Of a stretch of DNA of 64,000 bases, positions 37,992-51,130 are shown piece by piece. Below the pieces are notes generated by a model. The model worked only from the letters and a program-made list of their open reading frames with translations. It did not search any database and was not told where the DNA came from. Source of the stretch: Mobula hypostoma (lineage: Eukaryota); the NCBI RefSeq assembly GCF_963921235.1, contig NC_086097.1:171680001-171744000 (forward strand), read 5' to 3'. The position numbers and the translations under genes were made by a program. How positions within the stretch are numbered: the first letter of the stretch is position 1; the number at the start of each line of letters is the position of its first letter.

Positions 37992-39708
37992 ACAACAGGA
38001 ATTCTGCAGATGCTGGAAATTCAAGCAACACACATCAAAGTTGCTGGTGAACGCAGCAGGCCAAGCAGCATCTATAGGAAGAGGCGCAGTCGACGTTTCA
38101 GGCCGAGACCCTTCGTCAGGACTAACTGAAGGAAGAGTGAGTAAGGGATTTGAAAGCTGGAGGGGGAGGGGGAGGGGGAGATGCAAAATGATAGGAGAAG
38201 ACAGGAGGGGGAGGGATAGAGCCGAGAGCTGGACAGGTGATAGGCAAAAGGGGATACGAGAGGATCATGGGACAGGAATCCGGGAAGAAAGACAAGGGGG
38301 GGGGTGACCCAGAGGATGGGCAAGAGGTATATTCAGAGGGACAGAGGGAGAAAAAGGAGAGTGAGAGAAAGAATGTGTGCATAAAAATGAGTAACAGATG
38401 GGGTACGAGGGGGAGGTGGGGCCTTAGCGGAAGTTAGAGAAGTCGATGTTCATGCCATCAGGTTGGAGGCTACCCAGACGGAATATAAGGTGTTGTTCCT
38501 CCAACCTGAGTGTGGCTTCATCTTTACAGTAGAGGAGGCCGTGGATAGACATGTCAGAATGGGATGGGATGTGGAATTAAAATGTGTGGCCACTGGGAGA
38601 TCCTGCTTTCTCTGGCGGACAGAGCGTAGATATTCAGCAAAGCGGTCTCCCAGTCTGCGTCGGGTCTCACCAATATATAAAAGGCCACATCGGGAGCACT
38701 GGACGCAGTATATCACCCCAGTCGACTCACAGGTGAAGTGATGCCTCACCTGGAAGGACTGTTTGGGGCCCTGAATGGTGGTAAGGGAGGAAGTGTAAGG
38801 GCATGTGTAGCACTTGTTCCGCTTAGACGGATAAGTGCCAGGAGAGAGATCAGTGGAGAGGGATGGGGGGGACGAATGGACAAGGGAGTTGTGTAGGGAG
38901 CGATCCCTGCGGAATGCAGAGAGAGGGGGGGAGGGAAAGATGTGCTTAGTGGTGGGATCCCGTTGGAGGTGGCGGAAGTTACGGAGAATAATATGTTGGA
39001 CCTGGAGGCTGGTGGGGTGGTAGGTGAGGACCAGGGGAACCCTATTCCTAGTGGGGTGGTGGGAGGATGGAGTGAGAGCAGATGTACGTGAAATGGGGGA
39101 GATGCGTTTGAGAGCAGAGTTGATGGTGGAGGAAGGGAAGCCCCTTTCTTTAAAAAATGAAGACATCTCCCTCGTCCTAGAATGAAAAGCCTCATCCTGA
39201 GAGCAGATGCGGCGGAGACGGAAGAATTGCGAGAAGGGGATGGCGTTTTTGCAAGAGACAGGGTGAGAAGAGGAATAGTCCAGATAGCTGTGAGAGTCAG
39301 TAGGCTTATAGCACACATCAGTGGATAAGCTGTCTCCAGAGACAGAGACAGAAAGATCTAGAAAGGGGAGGGAGGTGTCGGAAATGGACCAGGTAAACTT
39401 GAGGGCAGGGTGAAAGTTGGAGGCAAAGTTAATAAAGTCAACGAGTTCTGCATGCGTGCAGGAAGCAGCGCCAATGCAGTCGTCGATGTAGCGAAGGAAA
39501 AGTGGGGGACAGATACCAGAATAGGCACGGAACATAGATTGTTCCACAAACCCAACAAAAAGGCAGGCATAGCTAGGACCCATACGGGTGCCCATAGCTA
39601 CACCTTTAGTTTGGAGGAAATGGGAGGAGCAAAAGGAGAAATTATTAAGAGTAAGGACTAATTCCGCTAGACGGAGCAGAGTGGTGGTAGAGGGGAACTG
39701 GTTAGATT
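37992..39708 (-). mobile_element. Young 5'-truncated Penelope-like element (Neptune-like), RT plus GIY-YIG
   Basis: ORF 38450-39595: MGTRMGPSYACLFVG, RYIDD, Cys linker KCYTC, VIYC..C..LYIGET. One C-terminal frameshift. pLTR at ~37992-38430. Perfect 15-bp TSD AAGAAATTGTGGAGA at 37977-37991 and 39709-39723. Confidence 0.95.
38088..38123 (-). ncRNA. Minimal hammerhead ribozyme motif with intact core
   Basis: Minus strand reads AGTC-CTGACGA-AGGGTCTCGGCCT-GAAA-CG-TC-GACT. Confidence 0.8.
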
Positions 39709-41600
39709 AAGAAATTGTGGAGAGTTGTGAATGTAGCTCAGTCCATTACACAAACCAATCTCCTCTCCATGGACTCTTCCTATACTCCCACTGTCTCAGA
39801 AAAGCAGCTAATTTAACCTGGGACCTTCCAGCCCTGGTCATTCTATTTGCTCCCCTCTCCTGTCAGGAAGAAGCTACAAAAGTTTGAGAACATATACCAC
39901 CAGGCTCAAACACAGCTTCTATCCCACTGTTATAAGATTCATGAACAGTCACCCTGTATGATCAAGGTGAACTCTTGACCTTTCAATCTACCTCTGTTGT
40001 GGCCCTTACTCATTATTTGTCTACCTGCACCAAACTTTCTCAGTATGGGTAACACTATATTCTGCATTGTTAGTACTCTTCCCTTGTATTACATTTATCA
40101 ATATACTTGTCCATAGAACGATCTGTATGGATGATATACAAAACAAAGCTTTTCACTGTATCTTGGTATTTTCACAATAATGAACTAATTACTGAAGATC
40201 TATTTCTATGATAAGGAATTTTTAAGAACATAAGATCATATGATACAAGAGCACAAGTATGCCATTTGGCCCATCGAGTCTGCTCTGCCTTTTTATTGTG
40301 GCTGATCCATTCTTCCTCTCAGGCCCAATCTCCTGCCTTCCCCCACCCCACCCTATATCCCTTCATGCCCTGACCAATCAAGAATCTATCAATCACTGAT
40401 TTAAATACACATAAAGATTTGACCTCCAGAGCTGCCTATGGTAATAAGTTCCACAGATTCACTAGTCTCTGGCTGAGGAAATTCCTTTTCATCTTCATTC
40501 TACAAAAACATCCCTCTATTCTGAAGCTGTATCCTCTGGTCTTAGACAATCCGACCATAGGAAATATCCTTTCCTCTTCCAGTCTATCAAGGCCTTTCAC
40601 CATTCAATAGGTTTCAATTAGGTCACCTCTCATTTTCCTGAATTCCAATGAATACAGGCCCAAGCCATCAAATGCTCTTCATAAAACAAGCCATTTAATC
40701 CTGGGATTATTTTCATAAACCTCCGTTGAACCCTCGCTGGTTTCAGCACATCCTTTCTAAGATAATGAGCCCAAAACTGCTCGCAATACTCCAAGTGAGG
40801 CCTCACCAGTGCTTTATAAAATCACAACATTACACTTTGCTTTTATATTCTGGTCCTCTGGAAATGAATGCTAACATCACATTTGCCTTCCTCACCACAG
40901 ATTCAATCTGCAAAGAAACCTTTAAGGAATCCTGCGCAAGGACTCCCAAATCCTTTTGCAACTCAGATTTTTGTAGTTTCTTTCCATTTAGAAAGCAGTC
41001 AATCCTTTCATTTCTTCTGCCAAAGTGCAAGGACATACACTTCCCAATGCTGTAGTCCATCTGACACTTCTTTGACCATTCTCCTAATCAGTCTAAGTTC
41101 TACTGTAGCCTCTCTATTTCCTCAAATCTACCTGTCCTTCCATATATCTTTCTGTCATCTGCAAACTTTGCAACAATGTCATCAATTCCATCATCCAAAT
41201 AATTGACATAATGTATAAAGCAAAAAACTTCGTCCCAACAGACTCCTGTGGAACACCATTACTCACTGGTAGCCAACCAGAAAATGCTCCCTTTATTCCC
41301 ATTCTTTGCCTCCTACCAATCAGCCACAGCTTTATCCATGTCCGTTTCTTTCCTGTAATATCTTGGTCTCATATCTTGTTAACCATAGCTTGTCAAGGGT
41401 CTTCAGAAAATCCAAGTACACAAGATCAATCAATTCTGCTTTGTTTATCCTGTTTGCTATTTCTTCAAAAAATTCCAACAGATTTATCAGGTAAGATTCT
41501 GGCCAACACCTCTCATATGCCTCTCTAATTCCCATTATTCCACTGTAATTCTGATACATTTGACTTTAGCTTCTCTTTCTCAAATTTCAGGGTGAATTCT

Positions 41601-44480
41601 ACCATTGTTGGTAGAATCGCAGGTGGTGACGAGAGGACATACAGGAGTGAGATATGCCAACTAGTGGAATGGTGCCGCAGCAACAACCTGGCACTCAACA
41701 TCAGTAAGACAAAAGGGCTGACAGTGGACTTCAGGAAGGGTAAGACGAAGGAACACAGACCAATCCTCATAGAGGGATCAGAAGTGTAGAGAGTGAGCAG
41801 TTTCAAGTTCCTGGATGTCAAGATCTCTGAGGACCTAACCTGGTCCCAACTTATCAATGCAGTTATAAAGAAGGCAAGAGAGCGACTATATCTCATTAGG
41901 AGTTTGAAGCGATTTGGTGCGTCAATAAGTACACTCAAAGACTTCTACAGATGTACCGTGGAGAGCATTCTGACAGGCTGCATCACTGTCTGGTATGGAA
42001 GGACTACTGCACAGGACCGAAAGAAGCTGCAGAGGGTTGTAAATTTAGTCAACTCCATCTTGGGTACTAGTCTACAAAGTGCCCAGGACATCTTCAAGGA
42101 GCATTGTCTCAGAAAGGCAGCATCCATTATTAAGGACATCCAGCTCCCAGGGCATGTCCTTTTCTCACTGTTACCATCAGGTAGGAGGTACAGAAGCCTG
42201 AAGGTACACCACTCAGTGATTCAGGAACAGCTTCTTCCCCTCTGCCATCCAATTCCTAAATGGATATTGAACCCTTGAACACTACCTCACTTTTTTAATA
42301 TATATTATTTCTATTTTTTGCATAATTTTAATCAATTCAATATACATGTACTATAATTCAGCAGGCCAGGCAGCATCTCTAGGAAGAGGTACAGTCGACG
42401 TTTCAGGCCAAGACCCTTCGTAGGGACTAACTGAAAGAAGAGCTAGTAAAAGATTTGAAAGTGGGAGGGGGAGGGGAAGATCCAAAATGATAGAAGACAG
42501 GAGGGGGAGGGATGGAGCCAAGAGCTGGACAGGTGATTGGCAAAAGGGATATGAGAGGATCATGGGACAGGAGGCCTAGGGAGAAAGAAAAGGGGGAGGG
42601 GGGAAGCCCAGACGATGGCAAGGGGTATAGTCAGAGGGACAGAGGGAGAAAAAGGAGAGTGAGAGAAAGAATGTGTGTATATAAATAAATAACGGATGGG
42701 GTATAAGGGGGAGGTGGGGCATTAGCAGAAGTTTGAGAAGTCAATGTTCATGTCATCAGGTTGGAGGCTACCCAAACGGAATATAAAGTGCTGTTCCTCC
42801 AACCTGAGTGTGGCTTCATCTTTACAGTAGAGGAGGCTGTGAATAGACATATCAGAATGGGAATGGGACGTGGAATTAAAATGTGTGGCCACTGGGAGAT
42901 CCTGCTTTCTCTGGCGGACAGAGCGTAGATGTTCAGTGAAACAACCTCCCAGCCTGCGTCGGGTCTCACCAATATATAGAAGGCCACATCGGGAGCACCG
43001 GACGCAGTATATCACCCCAGCCAACTCACAGGTGAAGTGTCGCCTCACCTGGAAGGACTGTCTGGGGCCCTGAATGGTAGTGAGGGAGGAAGTGTAAGGG
43101 CATGTGTAAAGCACTTGTTCCGCTTACAAGGATAAGTGCCAGGAGGGAGATCAGTGGGGAGGGATGGGGGGGGACGAATGGACAAGGGAGTCGCGTAGGG
43201 AGCGATCCCTGCGGAAAGCGGGGGGGTGGGGGAAGATGTGCTTAGTGGTTGGAGGTGGCGGAAGTTACGGAGAATTATATGTCGGACCTGGAGGCTGGTG
43301 GGGTGGTAGGTGAGGACCAGGGGAACCCTATCCCTTGTGGGGTGGCGGGAGGATGGAGTGAGAGCAGATGTGCGTGAAATGGGGGAGATGCATTTGAGAG
43401 CAGAGTTGATGGTGGAGGAAGGGAAGCCCCTTTCTTTAAAAAAGGAGGACATCTCCTCCATTGCTCCCTACGCGACTCCCTTGTCCATTTGTACCCCCCA
43501 TCCCTCCCCACCGATCTCCCTCCTGGCACTTATCCTTGTCAGTGGAACAAGTGCTACACATGGCCTTACACTTCCTCCCTCACTACCATTCAGGGCCCCA
43601 GACAGTCCTTCCAGGTGAGGCGACACTTCACCTGTGAGTCGGCTGGGGTGATATACTGCGTCCAGTGCTCCCGATGTGGCCTTTTATATATTGGTGAGAC
43701 CCAACGCAGGCTGGGAGATTGTTTCACTGAACACTTACGCTCTGTCCGCCAGAGAAAGCAGGATCTCCCAGTGGCCACACATTTTAATTTCACGTCCCAT
43801 TCCCATTCTGATATGTTTATCCACAGCCTCCTCTACTGTAAAGATGAAGCCACACTCAGGTTGGAAGAACAGCACCTTATATTCTGTCTGAGTAGCCTCC
43901 ACCCTGATGGCATGAACATTGACTTCTCAAACTTCCGCTAATGCCCCACCTCCCCCTCGTAGCCCATCCGTTATTTATTTATTTATATACACACTTTCTT
44001 TTTCTCTCTCTCCGTTTTCTCCCTCTGTCCCTCTCACTATACCCTTTGCCCATCCTCTGGGCTTCCCCCTCCCCCTTTTCTTTCTCCCTAGGCCTCCTGT
44101 CCCATGATCCTCTCATATCCCCTTTGCCAATCACCTGTCCAGCTCTTGGTTCCATCCCTCCCCCTCCTGTCTTCTCCTATCATTTTGGATCTCCCCCTTC
44201 CCCTCCCACTTTCAAACCTCTTACTAACTCTTCCTTCAGTTAGTCCTGACAAAGGGTCTCGGCCCGAAACGTTGACTGTACCTCTGCCTGCCCTGCTGCG
44301 TTCACCAGCAACTTTTATGTGTGTTGGTTGAAATTCCAGCATCTGCAGATTTCCTCGTATATACTGTAATCGATTGATTGATTGATTGATTGATTTTTCT
44401 ATATTATGTATTGCATCAAACTGTTGCTGCTAAGTTAACAAATTTCATAACACATGTTGATGATAATAAACCTGATTCTG
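41601..44480 (+). mobile_element. Rex1-like LINE nested in the CR1, itself interrupted by a PLE
   Basis: ORFs 41592-41789 and 41793-42278 (WCRSNNLALNISKTK, FYRCTVESILTGC). 3'UTR resumes at 44359 and ends AATAAACCTGATTCTG. Confidence 0.88.
42359..44358. mobile_element. Penelope-like element with long inverted duplication (GIY-YIG plus pLTR on both strands)
   Basis: Minus arm 42359-43458 (ORF 42722-43114) and plus arm 43459-44358 (ORF 43489-43941) encode the same VIYC..LYIGET domain. Confidence 0.93.
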
Positions 44481-45924
44481 TTATTATGATCACTTGCCCC
44501 TAAAGGTTCTTTTACCTTCAGCTCTCTAATCAATTATGGCTCATTGCACAACACTCAATCCAGAATACCTGGTCTCCTAGTGAGCTCAACCATGAGCTGC
44601 TCTAAAATGCCATATCATAGGCATTCTAGAAATTACCCCTCTTGGAATCCTGCACCAACCTACCTGCATACTGAAATCCCCCATGACTATTGTAACATTG
44701 CCCTTTTGGCCTGCATTTTCTATTAACCATTGTAACTTGTAGACCACATCCTTACTGCTATTCGATAGGGGTGGGGAGCATCTGTTTATAACTCCCATCA
44801 GTGTCTTTTTCCCCTTCCAGTTCCTTAGCTCCATCCTCAACAATTCAACACCTTCTGACCCTATGTCAACTCTGCCTTTCTCCCTGTCTTTTTGATACAA
44901 TATATATCCTAGGACATTAAGCTTCCAGTTATAATCTTTTTCAGACATGATTCAGTGAAGCCTACAACATCATACTTGCCAATCTGTAACTGTGCTGCAA
45001 ATTCATCAACCTTATTCTGTATACTGTGCGCATTCAAATATAACGCCTTCGGTCCTGTCTTCACCCTTATCAATTTTTTTTGCTTTTTACATTGCAACTC
45101 ACCCTGCTGACTGCAATTTTGACCTATTATCAGCCTCTGCTTACTAGGAGTCTCACTACACATTGCCTCTGTTTATAAACTAATTACCTCATTTTCAGCA
45201 CTGCACTTTGATTCCCAATTCCTGCCAAGTTAGTTCAAACCCACCCGAACAACTCTAGCCAACCTGCCCTCAAAGATATTGGACCCTTTCAGATTCAGGT
45301 GTAACCCATCCCTTTTGTATTGGTTTATACCTTCCCCAGAAGAGATCCCAATGATCCGTAAATCCGTAAATCTGAACCCTGCCCCCTGCACCAGTTCCTC
45401 AGCCACCCATTCACCTGCCAAATCATACTATTCTTATCCTCACTGGCATGTGGCACAGACGGCAATCCTGAGATTACTACTCTGAGGGGCCTGTTTCTCA
45501 ACTTTCTACCTAGCTCACTAAAATCTCTCTTCAGGATCTCCTCACCATGTCTACCTATGTCATTGGTGCCAATATGTACCAGGACTTAGCCTCGTCCTTG
45601 AGAATGCCATAGACGCGATCCGAGACATCCCTGATCTTGGCACTTGGGAGACAACATACCATCCAGATGTCCCTGTCGCGCCCACAGAACCTCATCTCTG
45701 TTCCTCTGACTAAAAAAATCTCCTCTCAACACTGCAGTCCTCTTCACCTCTCTGCTCTTCTGAGCCACAGCAGCAGACTCAGTGTCAGAGACCCAGTCAC
45801 TGTGGCTCCTGCCAGTAGGTTGTCCCCCTCAATAGTATCTCAAGTTATATACTTATAACTGAGGGGAACAGCCACAGCTGCACTCTGTACTGTGAGAGTA
45901 CAATTGATTGCTGTATTCAAGAAA

Positions 45925-46530
45925 GTGGAAGTCAGAGAACTCAGACCAGTCCTCATCGAGTGATAAGAGAATTTATCCAACACATTGATGGAAAAATGAA
46001 GAAGGTATGCCAACAGCTATACTTTGTGAGGAGTTTGAGGAAACCTGTTATGTCAAGGTTCTTGCAAATTCCAATTGATAAATGGTGGAGGGCATTATCG
46101 CAGCCTGGTATGGAGGCCCCAATGCACAGGATTACAGGAGACCGCAGCGGACTGCAGACTCAGGCAGTTCCATCATAGGCACCCCGCCCCACCACCAAAC
46201 ACATCTTCAAGGCGTCATGTCTGAGGAAGGTGGCATTCGTTACTAAAGACTCTCACCATCTGAGACATGTGTTCTTCTTATTACTACCATCAGGGAGGAG
46301 GCACAGGAGCTGGAAGATCCACACTTAATGATTTAGGAACAGCTACTTCCTTTCTGCTGCAATATTTCAGAACGATCTGTGAACCCATGTTACAACCTTA
46401 TTATTCCTTTTTTTGCACTATTCATTAATTTTGCAATTTATTGTCATTTTTATGTCTTTGCATTGTATTGCTGCTGCAAAACAACAAAATTCATGTCAGA
46501 TAAGTCAATGACAATAAATCTGATTCTCAT
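45925..46530 (+). mobile_element. Old Rex1-like 3' fragment
   Basis: QQLYFVRSLRK..., LLPSGRR motif, tail AATAAATCTGATTCT. Confidence 0.7.
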
Positions 46531-48055
46531 TCTCTGTATGATGGGGTGAATGGCTCCTTCCATAACATAAAACTTCATGAAAGTAAATTTTATTGTGCAG
46601 ACACAAGCAACGGCTGATGTTGGAATTTGGAGTAAGAAACAAACAGAAGAAATCAGCAGATCGGGGAACATCTCTGGATGTACCACCCTTTTGTCACACC
46701 TCTGTCTCATCTTTATTTTCAGGCAACCTTCCCTCTACACTCTCAGTCCTGATATACAGTCTTGACCTGAAATATTAATCATCCCTTTGTCTTCACGGAT
46801 GCTGCTTGACCAGCTGAGTTCCTCCTGTAATTGCTTTTTTTTAAATCTAAATCTTTGCCTTTCTGTCTAACAAGGCTATGCTTTAGTACTGGAACAAGGA
46901 GAATTCCTCTGCAGCTAACTTAATCAATTGTTCATTTTTATTTGCTGTATTTGTCTGTGTATTTGGTGTTTTTGCAATAAAAAAAACTCTGACTGTCTCA
47001 ACTGATTTTAGCAGTCAGAGACATTCAAGGTTTTGTTTGCATTAACTGTTCTGACCAAGCTTAACCAACCATTAAATCTTTCAGTGTTTGAGGGTAGGGC
47101 TTGCTTTGGTTCATTTCAGACAGAAAACACAAAAACTGCAGCCCACAAACAGATTTCTGTCCCAAAGAGGAAAGGAAGTTAGAAGCGCAATACTCATGAT
47201 TTCTTTGCTAATAGTGATGAGGCCATAAGACTTAAGAGCTGACAGGCCATTTGGCCATCAAGACTGCTCTACCATTCAATCATAGCTGATTTATTTGGCC
47301 TCCTATTCTCCTGCTTTCTCCTTGTAACTTTGACACCCTTACTAATCGAGAGCCTATCAATTTTGGCTTTATATTTATCAAATGGCTTAGCTTCCACAGC
47401 TGTCTCAGGCAATGAAGCCCACAGATTCTCCACCCTATGACTAAAGAAATCCCTCTCATCTCTGTTCTAAAGGGATGTCCTTGTACCTTAAAGCTGTAAT
47501 GTGTCATTTTTAGGATGACCACAAGGATAATCAACAGAACAGATCAACAGTGTTGCTTAGCACACTGAGTCTCCCTCGCCATTTGATCATGTCTGATTAA
47601 TATCCTGGGACACCTAAGAAAGCATCAGATTTTGTTTTAAATATACTTAATTTCTTGGACTCCACAAGAAGTTATCTATGGCAATGAATGCCACAGATTC
47701 ACCAGCCTCTGGGCAAAAAAATTCCTCGTCATCTCCGTTATAAGGTACGTCCCTGTATTCTGAGGCTTTGATGTCTTGATTTGAGGTTGATCGCAAAAAC
47801 TGATTCACCTGAGGTGAGTTTAGAACCAGGACCCCATGATGGAACTGGCTCAGTTTGCAACCCTCTGCAGCTTTTTCAAATCCTGGGTAGTGGCCTGCCA
47901 TACCAGATGTTGATGCAATCAGTCAGAATGTTCTCCATAATACATCTGTAGGCTTTGGTAACACCGAATCTCCTCAAACTATTAATGAAGTATAACTGCA
48001 GATGCGCCATTTTTGTAATTGCTACAATATGTTGGGGCCAGAATACTTCTTAAGA

Positions 48056-50530
48056 GATCTTAAGCTGATGTAAAAGCAAAAGAAAGGGCCCATAACAAAG
48101 CAAAAATTAGTGGGAAGACAGAGGATTGGAAAGCTTTTAAAAACCTACAGAGAACTACTGTACTAAAATAATCATTAGGAGGTAAAAGATTAAATATGAA
48201 AACAAGCTAGCAAACAATATCAAAGTGGATAGTGAAAGCTTTTCCAAGTATGTTAAAAATAAAAGAGAGATGAAAGTGGATATAGGACTGCCAGAAAATG
48301 AGGCTGGAGAAATAATAATGGGGTACAAGGAGATGGCAGATGAACTAAATGAGTATTTTGCGTCAGTCTTCACAATGGAAGGCACTAGCTTTCTGCCAGT
48401 TGTTGAAGGGTATGAGGGCATACAAGTGAGTGCACTTACTACTACAAGAGAGAAGGTGCTCAAAAAGCTAAAAGACCTAAGGGTGCATAAGTCACCCAGA
48501 CCAGATGAACTGCACCCTGGGGTTCTGAAAGAGGTAGCGGTAGAGATTGTGGAGGCATTAGTAATGATCTTTCAGAAATCATCGGACTCTGGCATGGTGA
48601 CAGAGGACTGAAAAATTGCAAATGTTACTCCACTCTATAAAAAAGGAGGAAGGCAACAGAAAGGAAATGATAGACCAGTTAGCCTGACCTCAGTGATTGG
48701 GAAGATATTGAAGTCAATAGTTAAGGATGAGGTTGTGGAGTACTTGGTGATACAGGACAAGAAAGGACAAAGTTATCATGGTTTTCTTAAGGGAAAATCT
48801 TGCCTGATGAACTTGTTGGAATTCTCTGAGAAGATTACATGTAGGGTAGATAAAGGGGATGCAGTGGATGTTGTATATTTGGACTTTCAGAATGCCTTTG
48901 ACAATGTGCCATACATGAGGCTGCTTATCAAGTTAAGAGCCTATGGCATTACAGGGGAGTAATTAGCATGGTTAGAGCATTGGCTGGTTGGTCGGAGGCA
49001 GCAAGTAGGAATAAAAAGATCTTTTCTGGTTAGCTGTCAGTGACTAGTGGTGTTCCGCAGGGGTCGGTGTTGGGACTGCTTCTTTTTATGCTATATATGA
49101 ATAATTTAGATGATGGAATAGATGAATTTCTTGCCAAGTTTGCAGATGATATGAAGATTGGTGGAGGAGCAATTAGTGTGTTACGTACCAGCAGCAATAG
49201 ATCACACATTGAGTCAGGTTTTAATGTTCAAACCACTATCTTTATTAGTATCTACTTAAAATATAAAAGATTAAATGAAATAAACAGAAGTTAACAGTGT
49301 TACGTGTTCGTGGGACTCCCAAACTGTCAAGCTTAGGAACAGTTCTTAAAGACTTAAGATGGCAAAGTAGAGAGGTCCAGTAATCCACGGAATAAATGAG
49401 GGAAGAGATTTGTAAATCCACGTTAAAATGTAAAGAGAAGGCGATTACAGGAATTCCACAGGTTCCACATCAGGAAAACGAAGTAACAGTCGCCAATTCG
49501 AGTCGAGTCGAGTCGAGTCGTTCCGAAATCCATGTAGAAACATCACAAGGTGAGTCACAGAATAATCCCTTCGCACAAGTGGTTACCACATAGCACACCC
49601 AAATCCAGGCAAGGGTTAACAAGAGTGGTCGCCACAGGATACTCCAACAAAATCCACATATGGATAGTAGGAAGTGACAGTCACACATCCAATGTGCACT
49701 ATGTGCCGTTACTCAACCCAGTCCTTTGGGCATGGGAAAGTATCAGAATTTACCCATATCATAGCAAGCTGACGTCCTGACAGCCCGCTTTCTCCCTCTC
49801 TCCTTACTCCTGAAAAATCCCAGCAGTCTGTCACAGCTTGTTATACTGATGTCATAGTCCTGCCTCATACAGGCGTTTCAAAGTGACACTCACAGTAAAC
49901 AAAACCATGGTCATGTAACAGTGTTGAGGAAACAGGTAGGCTACAGAAGGACTTGGACAGATTAGGAGAATGGGCAAGAGAGTGGCAAATGAAATACTTG
50001 TCAGAAAATGCATGGTCATGTACTTTGGTAGTAGAAATAAATGTGCAGACTATTTTTTAAATGTGGAGAAAATCCAGAAATTTGAGATGCAAAGGAACTT
50101 GGGAGTCTTTGTACAGAACACCTTAAACATTAACTTGCAGGTAGAGTCGGTGGTGAGGAAGGCATATGCAATGTTAGCTTTCAAAGGTTGAAAGGCCTAG
50201 ACAGAGTAGATGTGGAAAGGATGTTTCCCATGGTGGGGGAGTCTAGGACAAGAGGGTACAGCCTCAGGATAGAGGGGCATCCATTTAAACCAGAGATGCA
50301 AAGAAATTTCTTTAGCCAGAGGTTGGTAAGTTTGTGGAATTTGTTGACACAGGCAGCTGTGGAGGTCAGGTCGTTGGGTGTATTTAAGGCAGAGCTTGAT
50401 AGGTTCTTGATTGGTTATGGGGAGGAAGTCTGGGAATGTGTCTGAGGAGGGGCAAAAAGGATCAGCCATGACTGAATGGCACAACAGACTCAATGGGCCA
50501 AATGGCCTTTCTCGGCTCCTGATCTTACGG
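48056..50530 (+). mobile_element. CR1 ORF2 fragment interrupted by a solo LTR
   Basis: ELNEYFASVFT, PDELHP, DFQNAFD, GVPQGSVLG, KFADD. Resumes at 49921. Confidence 0.9.
49179..49920 (-). mobile_element. Solo LTR (~742 bp)
   Basis: Terminal inverted repeats TGTTAC...GTAACA, (A)GTG duplication at the ends, minus-strand AATAAA at ~49241. CR1 sequence rejoins across it. Confidence 0.8.
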
Positions 50531-50534
50531 TCTC

Positions 50535-51130
50535 ACATTGACACCTAGGAACTTGGAACTGCTCAACCTTTCCACTGGAGGTCCCTTGATGAGGACTGGT
50601 GTATATCCCCTTCATTTCCCCTTTCTGAAATCCATAACCAATTCCTTGGTCTTGCTGATGATGAGTGGAAAGCTGTTGTTGTGACACCACTTAACCAGCT
50701 GATATATCACATACATGCCTCCTTGTCACCATCTGAGTTTCTACAAACAACAGTGGTGTCATCAGTAAACTTATCAATGGTGTTTGAGCTGTACCTGGCC
50801 ACACAGTCATGGGTGTCGAGAGAGTAGAGCAGTGGGATAAGCACACATCCCTGAGGTGCAGTGGTGTTGATTATCAGTGAGGAGGAAGTGTTATTTCCGA
50901 TCCTTGAACATTCCCACTTGCTGGTTGGCACTGGTTTTCACCTAACACCTTGTGCAGTTTCAACAGCTTGAAAGATGTTCTGATGTCGGCCTTTGAGACT
51001 AATATCACAGGGTTAGCAGACGCTGCAGGGGTGTCACTGACAATTTTATAGATGCTGTTTGAGCTGTGCCTAGCCATACAATCGTGAGTGTAGAGGAGTT
51101 AGAACAGTGTGTTAAGCATGCATTTTCGAG
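50535..51130 (-). mobile_element. Rex1-like RT fragments
   Basis: APQGCVLIPLLYSLDTHDC..KFTDDTTVV. Confidence 0.75.

Larger units (their letters stand above)
37790..40190 (+). mobile_element. Old Rex1-like LINE 3' part, split by a Penelope element
   Basis: ESILFRCFMVSFGNC..HKKLWR on the left continues as VVNVAQSITQT at 39724. Confidence 0.75.
40225..45890 (-). mobile_element. CR1 LINE (ORF1 esterase, endonuclease, internally deleted RT, 3' tail), interrupted at 41601-44480
   Basis: DGLHLN (~45300), YLNAHSI and MGDFS. LGASDHN at ~44490 continues as EFTLKFEKEK at 41600. RT and 3' pieces at 40225-41500. Confidence 0.85.

Noticed and set aside
38450..39595. Domesticated or intact RT gene
   Set aside because: 5'-truncated, C-terminally frameshifted, with a perfect TSD: a recent dead-on-arrival PLE copy.
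44372..44395. (GATT)n, plus (AC)n at ~53578 and (GAGTC)n at ~49497
   Set aside because: Ordinary short microsatellites, two of them inside TEs.
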